Assembly: GCA_963793305.1 (NCBI GenBank)
Contig: CAWBZV010000010.1
Span: 128,001-192,000 of the forward strand
Reading direction: 5' to 3'
DNA: 64,000 bases
Origin: an uncultured Gemmatimonadales bacterium
GTDB taxonomy: Bacteria; Gemmatimonadota; Gemmatimonadetes; Gemmatimonadales; Gemmatimonadaceae
Below, piece after piece: positions 59,297 through 64,000 of the stretch. Below the pieces are notes generated by a model, which worked only from the letters and a program-made list of their open reading frames with translations, was not told where the DNA came from and ran no database searches. A program made the position numbers and the translations under genes. Numbering within the stretch: the first letter of the stretch is position 1; every line of letters begins with the position of its first letter.

Positions 59297-60030
59297 TCGA
59301 GCCCCCGGATGACGAGCGCTCCGGCCACGAGTGCCAACAGGCCGTATCCGACGCACCAGGCGATCGATCCGGCGATGTCACCCCACTGCGGCGCGCTCGC
59401 CAGCATCCCGTGCAGGAAGGTCTGCTGCGAGAACGGCGGCAGTATGACATGCGCTGTGCGCCAGAGCGCGTGCGCGACCGGGCCAATGGGCGCGTCGGGC
59501 GCGGCCAGCTGGGCGACCGGTATCGATGCCAGGTACAAGATGAGCGAGCCGACCCACGCAAACCGCCAGACGGTCGATTGGCACGCGGTGACCCCGCCCG
59601 CGAATACGTACATGACGGCCGTGTACGCGACCGCGCCGAGCAGGGGCACAGGATGCGCAATCAACGCGCCGAGCAGCGAGATCAGCGCAGCGAGGACCAG
59701 CAGCACGAGACCACGCAGGGCGAACGCTTGGGCGTAGTACCGCACGGGGCCGACCGGCTTTGCGAACAGAAAGCGATAGTAACCCCGCGCGCGGTCCTCC
59801 GACACCAAGCTCAATGTGGCATAGATCGACCCCAGGAGACCGACCAACTGGACGAGCCAGTCGAGCAATGGGGTGTGCGGGGGGCCTGTCCCCGACTCGA
59901 TGACCTGCGTGCGCGAGGCGATCCAGATCTGGAGCAACACGATGCCGATCGTGATGCCGCCCGGCCCAAGGATGAAATCCCGTAGCTGCCAACGAGCATA
60001 GGCGCCCAAACGCGCGCGGACGATCGCCAT
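59284..60030 (-). CDS. ABC-2 type permease
   Basis: 6 TM helices; EDRARGYYRFLFAKPV; coupled to the ATPase gene. Confidence 0.85.
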   Translation of the reverse strand: MAIVRARLGAYARWQLRDFILGPGGITIGIVLLQIWIASRTQVIESGTGPPHTPLLDWLVQLVGLLGSIYATLSLVSEDRARGYYRFLFAKPVGPVRYYAQAFALRGLVLLVLAALISLLGALIAHPVPLLGAVAYTAVMYVFAGGVTACQSTVWRFAWVGSLILYLASIPVAQLAAPDAPIGPVAHALWRTAHVILPPFSQQTFLHGMLASAPQWGDIAGSIAWCVGYGLLALVAGALVIRGLEWAR

Positions 60031-60932
60031 CAGGCGCTCACCTTCTCAACCGCATCGCGGAAATGATACTCGAGGAGCGATTCCGTCGGCGCGACGCTCA
60101 CCAGCTGCGCGCCACCGCGCAGGAGCTCGGCGAGGCCGGCGTTGAGTGTCGTGAGGTCGATCGCGGGCAGCTCGAAGCTCCCCTCGGCGCCGGCCGGGCG
60201 CGCGGCCGGGAACACCGATGGCACGAGCGCCGCGCCCGATGACAACGTGAGCCGGTACTCGCGCGCCTCCGGCGTCGCCGTCGCGCGCGTGTCGACCGAG
60301 CGCACGACCTGGCCGTGGTCAACGATGTACACGCGGTCCGCAAGCTCGGAGAGCTCAGCCAGGTCGTGCGAGGCGATGAGCATCGTCCGGTCCGGTCGCC
60401 TCAGGTCGCGCATGACCGCCCGAAACCTGAGCAGCCATAGGGGATCGAGGCCGTGCGTCGGCTCATCGAGGATCAGCACATCGGGATCACCGAGGAGCGC
60501 CTGGGCGAGCCCGAGGCGCTGCAGGTTGCCCTTGGAGAGGGCGCGGACGACCTTCGTGCTGTGCTCGTCGAGGCCCAGCTGCGAGAGGAGGGCCGGAATC
60601 TGCGTGCGGGCCTCGGCGTTCGGCACGCCGGCCAGGAGCGCGAAGCGCGCGAGCGCCTCGTCGACTCGCCAGCGCGGGTGCATCGCGATCAGCTCCGAGA
60701 GGTAACCGACGCGATAATGCTCGACGTATTGGCGTGGAGAGAGACCGCCGAGGCGGACCGTGCCCGAGGTCGGGTGCAAGTAGCCCAGCAGGAGCGCGAT
60801 CAACGTGCTCTTCCCCGCGCCGTTCGGGCCCGCGATGCCAACCACTTCGCCGCGCTCGGCGCGGAGCGACAGCTTGTCGAGCGCGAGGACTCTGCCCTGG
60901 TATGTCTTTGTGAGGTCGACGCACTCGATCAT
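60030..60932 (-). CDS. ABC transporter ATP-binding protein
   Basis: GPNGAGKST, LSKGNLQR and ILDEPT. Confidence 0.95.
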   Translation of the reverse strand: MIECVDLTKTYQGRVLALDKLSLRAERGEVVGIAGPNGAGKSTLIALLLGYLHPTSGTVRLGGLSPRQYVEHYRVGYLSELIAMHPRWRVDEALARFALLAGVPNAEARTQIPALLSQLGLDEHSTKVVRALSKGNLQRLGLAQALLGDPDVLILDEPTHGLDPLWLLRFRAVMRDLRRPDRTMLIASHDLAELSELADRVYIVDHGQVVRSVDTRATATPEAREYRLTLSSGAALVPSVFPAARPAGAEGSFELPAIDLTTLNAGLAELLRGGAQLVSVAPTESLLEYHFRDAVEKVSA

Positions 60933-61864
60933 TGACACGCGGTCCACGGCCCCTGGCCGGCGCGCGTCAGATACGGCGTGGCCTGTTGCGCTTGGCCCAA
61001 GCGCTTGAGGGTGCAGCCGTAGAAGCCCAGCGCCGAGCGATCGGTGGAGTCGAGGGCGATGGCTCTGAGATAGAATTTGCTCGCCAGCTCGTACTGGCCG
61101 GCGGCCAGCAGCGCCGCGCCCATCTCTCGCTGGGCGATCTCGTTGTTCGGCGCCAGTTGCACGGCTCGTACGAGCTCCGCTCTGGCGGTGCCGAGGTCGC
61201 CGGCCTCGCGCGCGATTCGGCCCAGGTATATGTGCGGGACCGCATCGGCCGTGTCATGCTCGGCGGCATGATTGAAGAACACGCGCGCCGAGTCGACGTG
61301 ACCCGCCTGATACGCGGCTACGCCGCGCGCTACGAGATCGTCGGCCGAATATGACGCGGCCGCTGCGCGCCCCGCGCTTTGCTTGCGCCAGGCGACCACG
61401 CCATAAGCTGCACCACCCGCGATGACTGCCAGTAGCACTACGAAGCCGAGCACGCGACCCACGCCCAGTCCAGTGGAGGGGGTCGCTGTCACAGTCGCCG
61501 CCGGAGGCGGCGCTGTGTTCAGCGGCAACGGCGTAACAGGTGGCGGCGCGGCGGCGAGTTGACTTAGCGCGTCACGCGCGGCGGCAACATCGGCGTCCGT
61601 GACCGCGTAGCCCGACACCACGGCGCGATCGTGCGCCGCGAGCAGCTCAATGAGCGCATGCCCTTGATCGAGCGAGAGCACGTTGCGCTGACGCAGATCG
61701 CGGACGAGCGCTTGACCGACGAGGGTATGATTGCTGGAGGCATTCTGCAGGGCGGACTCGATGGCGGTCCATGCCGCCACCAGCGACGCCGCGTCGCGCG
61801 CGCTGGCCAGCCGTTCAATCGCTGGCCGTGCGCTCTCAATGTCCGCGCCGGCCGGCGCGGTCAC
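60929..61864 (-). CDS. Membrane-anchored TPR protein
   Basis: Central TM helix followed by 3-4 TPRs. Confidence 0.85.
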   Translation of the reverse strand: MTAPAGADIESARPAIERLASARDAASLVAAWTAIESALQNASSNHTLVGQALVRDLRQRNVLSLDQGHALIELLAAHDRAVVSGYAVTDADVAAARDALSQLAAAPPPVTPLPLNTAPPPAATVTATPSTGLGVGRVLGFVVLLAVIAGGAAYGVVAWRKQSAGRAAAASYSADDLVARGVAAYQAGHVDSARVFFNHAAEHDTADAVPHIYLGRIAREAGDLGTARAELVRAVQLAPNNEIAQREMGAALLAAGQYELASKFYLRAIALDSTDRSALGFYGCTLKRLGQAQQATPYLTRAGQGPWTACQ

Positions 61865-62956
61865 TTCACGATACGCAGCAATCCGGCGTCGGCGCTGCCG
61901 CGGATGAAACTCTCGGCATCCGTCGTCGGAATCTCGATGCCGGTCATCGAGAATCCACGGCGCGCCTCGGTCTGCATGAACTCGGCCAGCGGACGTCCCG
62001 CGTACGCGGCGTTGTCATCGCGCATGCCGCGCACGATGTCATCCCACGTGCCGTCGTACTCTTTCCCCTCACGCACGATGCGATGTTTCTGCGCCGCGAG
62101 ATCATTGAGCAGCGCGCCGAACAGCTCCAGCTGCCCGCGCGCTTCGCCCTGCGCCTCGTCGGCCGCGCGCTGCTCGATCTCGGCGAGCATGTCGTCGATG
62201 TCGTCCGACTCGCCGGCCAGCTCCGCCAAGCGATCATCCCACGGCTTGAGCTCGGGATCATCGTCCGCGAGTCTGTACACCGACTTCTTGAGCTCGACGA
62301 GTCGCCAGAATGCCCAGCTCATCCCAGTGATCGTCGGGCGCGGTGCGATCCAGATGATAGAGCGCCGCCTCGTACTCGCCGCGATCGTACAAAATATTGC
62401 CGAGATAGATGCGCGCCTCGGCGTGATCGCCGTCGAGCTGCAACGCGCTTCTCAATGTCGCAATGGCCGCGTCAGTTTCTCCAAGCCGATGCTGGGCATA
62501 GCCCACGCACGCCACGGCCTCGGCGGAGTCTGGGGTTTGCTGAACGGCAATATCAAAAAATTCCTGGGCGGCCTCGATCAATCCCTCGCGGAACAACGCG
62601 CGGCCGGCCTGGAGCATCAGCTCGACATCGTCGCGATAGCCGAGTTCGAGAATGCGGCGAAAATTCTTGAGTGCCGACGCTTGCTGGCCAAATTTGAGGA
62701 GCGTCTCGCCGAGGCCAGCGAGGGCATCCTCGTGCTCCGGATCGAGGACCAGCGCTTCCTCGAAGCTGCGGCGCGCCCACGCGTACTCCTCGCGCGCCAG
62801 TCGTGCGTACCCCACCCCGACATGTAGCTCTACCGCGTTCGGGTAAAGCGAAAGCCCCTCACGGAGCACATCGAGCGCTTCGTCGTATTGCCCCTCGTTA
62901 TAGAGCTGGTGCGCGCGCTCGTCGTACTCCTCGGAGCTCAAAAACGGGTTGGGCAT
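61861..62956 (-). CDS. TPR protein; apparent +1 frameshift at ~62309
   Basis: Multiple TPRs; removing one T gives DELGIWRLVELKK and joins the 61861-62322 frame. Confidence 0.85.
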
Positions 62957-63026
62957 AGCTCGACGATCCTCCGGCGCTTGAGGGCTATTCCTATTGTACT
63001 ATTCGTACACGGTACAGTTCAACTAT

Positions 63027-63320
63027 TTACGGTGTCTTACTCTTGCCGCGCCTCCCCGCGGCGGAAGTGTCACACGAACAGGGCGTCGTCGGTTCGCTCA
63101 CGTTCGCGCCGGTCGCGGTCATCCGTGTGGAGCGCGCGGTAACGGCCGAGTCCACCCACGCCGTCAAATCTGTGAGGTGCGTCACCGGGTGGTTGGCGCG
63201 AGCCGCCGTGGTGTCGCGCGCAGGCGTCACCTGGGCGTTCGATTTTGCTCCACCCGATCGACAGGACGCGGCCGTGGCGGTCATTAGCAGAGCGACGAGT
63301 CGTGTCCGTAGACGGCACAT
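63027..63320 (-). CDS. Possible small lipoprotein
   Basis: Basic N-terminus, hydrophobic stretch, AASC lipobox-like; abuts the M28 stop. Confidence 0.4.
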   Translation of the reverse strand: MCRLRTRLVALLMTATAASCRSGGAKSNAQVTPARDTTAARANHPVTHLTDLTAWVDSAVTARSTRMTATGANVSEPTTPCSCDTSAAGRRGKSKTP

Positions 63321-64000
63321 CTAGGGAACAGCCGCCGGGCTCGCCGCTGCCGGACGGTGAAACTCGGCGTCCGCGTTCCAGGTTGGCAGTCCCGGCGCGT
63401 TCGCCAGCGATTCGCCAAATCCGAGAACTATAGTTGACAGCTGCACCGCGCCGCTGAGATCGAAGTCCGGTCGATACTCGTCCGACGGCTGATGGTAACG
63501 GTGCGCAGTGTAGTCGTCCTCTTGCTCGACGCCCCAGCCCTTCGGTCGGCCCACGAAGTCCGTGCCAGCACCAATAGATACTGCCGGGACGCCGACTTTC
63601 GCGAACGAGAAATGATCAGATCTGTAAAAATGCCCCTGCTCGGGATGCGCGTCCGGCGCCAAGCTCATACCCATCGGCGCGACGTACTTCGTGAGCAAGG
63701 GTCCCAGCGAGCTTTTCCGGTCGCCCAGTGCGTTCAAATCCCGCACACGACCCAACAGATTGCCGCCATCAATGTTCAGATTGGCGACGATGCCCGCGAC
63801 CGGCACCGTCGGGTGTTGCGCGAACCACGCCGATCCCAAGAGACCGGACTCCTCGGCCGTCACGAACAGAAACATCATCGACCGTTTCTGCGGCTTGGCG
63901 GCGCGCGCCATCGCCAGCACATCCGCGACGCCCGATGCATTGTCCTCGGCCCCGTTGTAAATGGAATCTCCATTCACCGCCGGGCCGATACCCAGATGGT
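63321..64000 (-). CDS. M28 family peptidase (5' end outside the window)
   Basis: HLG..NGAEDNASG, TAEESGLLGS, RSDHFSF and YHQPSD. Confidence 0.95.
   Translation of the reverse strand, partial: HLGIGPAVNGDSIYNGAEDNASGVADVLAMARAAKPQKRSMMFLFVTAEESGLLGSAWFAQHPTVPVAGIVANLNIDGGNLLGRVRDLNALGDRKSSLGPLLTKYVAPMGMSLAPDAHPEQGHFYRSDHFSFAKVGVPAVSIGAGTDFVGRPKGWGVEQEDDYTAHRYHQPSDEYRPDFDLSGAVQLSTIVLGFGESLANAPGLPTWNADAEFHRPAAASPAAVP

Noticed and set aside
6222..62314. Programmed ribosomal frameshifting at the five split genes
   Set aside because: No slippery heptamers or stimulatory structures; identical CRTC contexts on both strands point to a DNA-level or sequencing cause.
1..64000. CRISPR array, tRNA or rRNA genes
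   Set aside because: No regularly spaced repeats or cloverleaf/rRNA signatures found by eye; a tRNAscan/cmscan run would be definitive.

Overview
High-GC bacterial chromosome segment. The gene content and protein families suggest phylum Gemmatimonadota, which is an inference. Positions ~1-21.7 kb form an accessory patchwork. It holds a P1B ATPase, LigD and DNA-ligase remnants, a nitroreductase, three BON proteins sharing an upstream palindrome, ChrA with a Crp/Fnr regulator, an orphan tailspike-like beta-helix gene, a PAS kinase, AraC, a YncE-like propeller, a penicillin-acylase-family enzyme and a TPR/XRE pair. Positions ~21.7-64 kb are compact housekeeping DNA: rho, ruvX, mltG, thiE, an rRNA methyltransferase, mutM, tldD/E, tdh-kbl, mpg, NYN, an NtrY/X-like pair, ilvE, PBP1A, an M16 peptidase, an ABC exporter, TPR proteins and an M28 peptidase. 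No tRNA, rRNA, CRISPR array, integrase or transposase was recognised. Main unexplained signals: (1) C-to-T changes and +1 insertions confined to CRTC/GAYG, probably the footprint of an unidentified DNA modification misread by long-read sequencing; (2) an ~83-bp three-hairpin element with compensatory changes present twice, 31 kb apart; (3) a 30-aa Lys/Arg-rich microprotein missing from the ORF track, facing a sigma54-type small gene; (4) a TCRGGGAnTCCCYGA box upstream of BON genes; (5) recurrent leaderless and CTG-start gene architecture.
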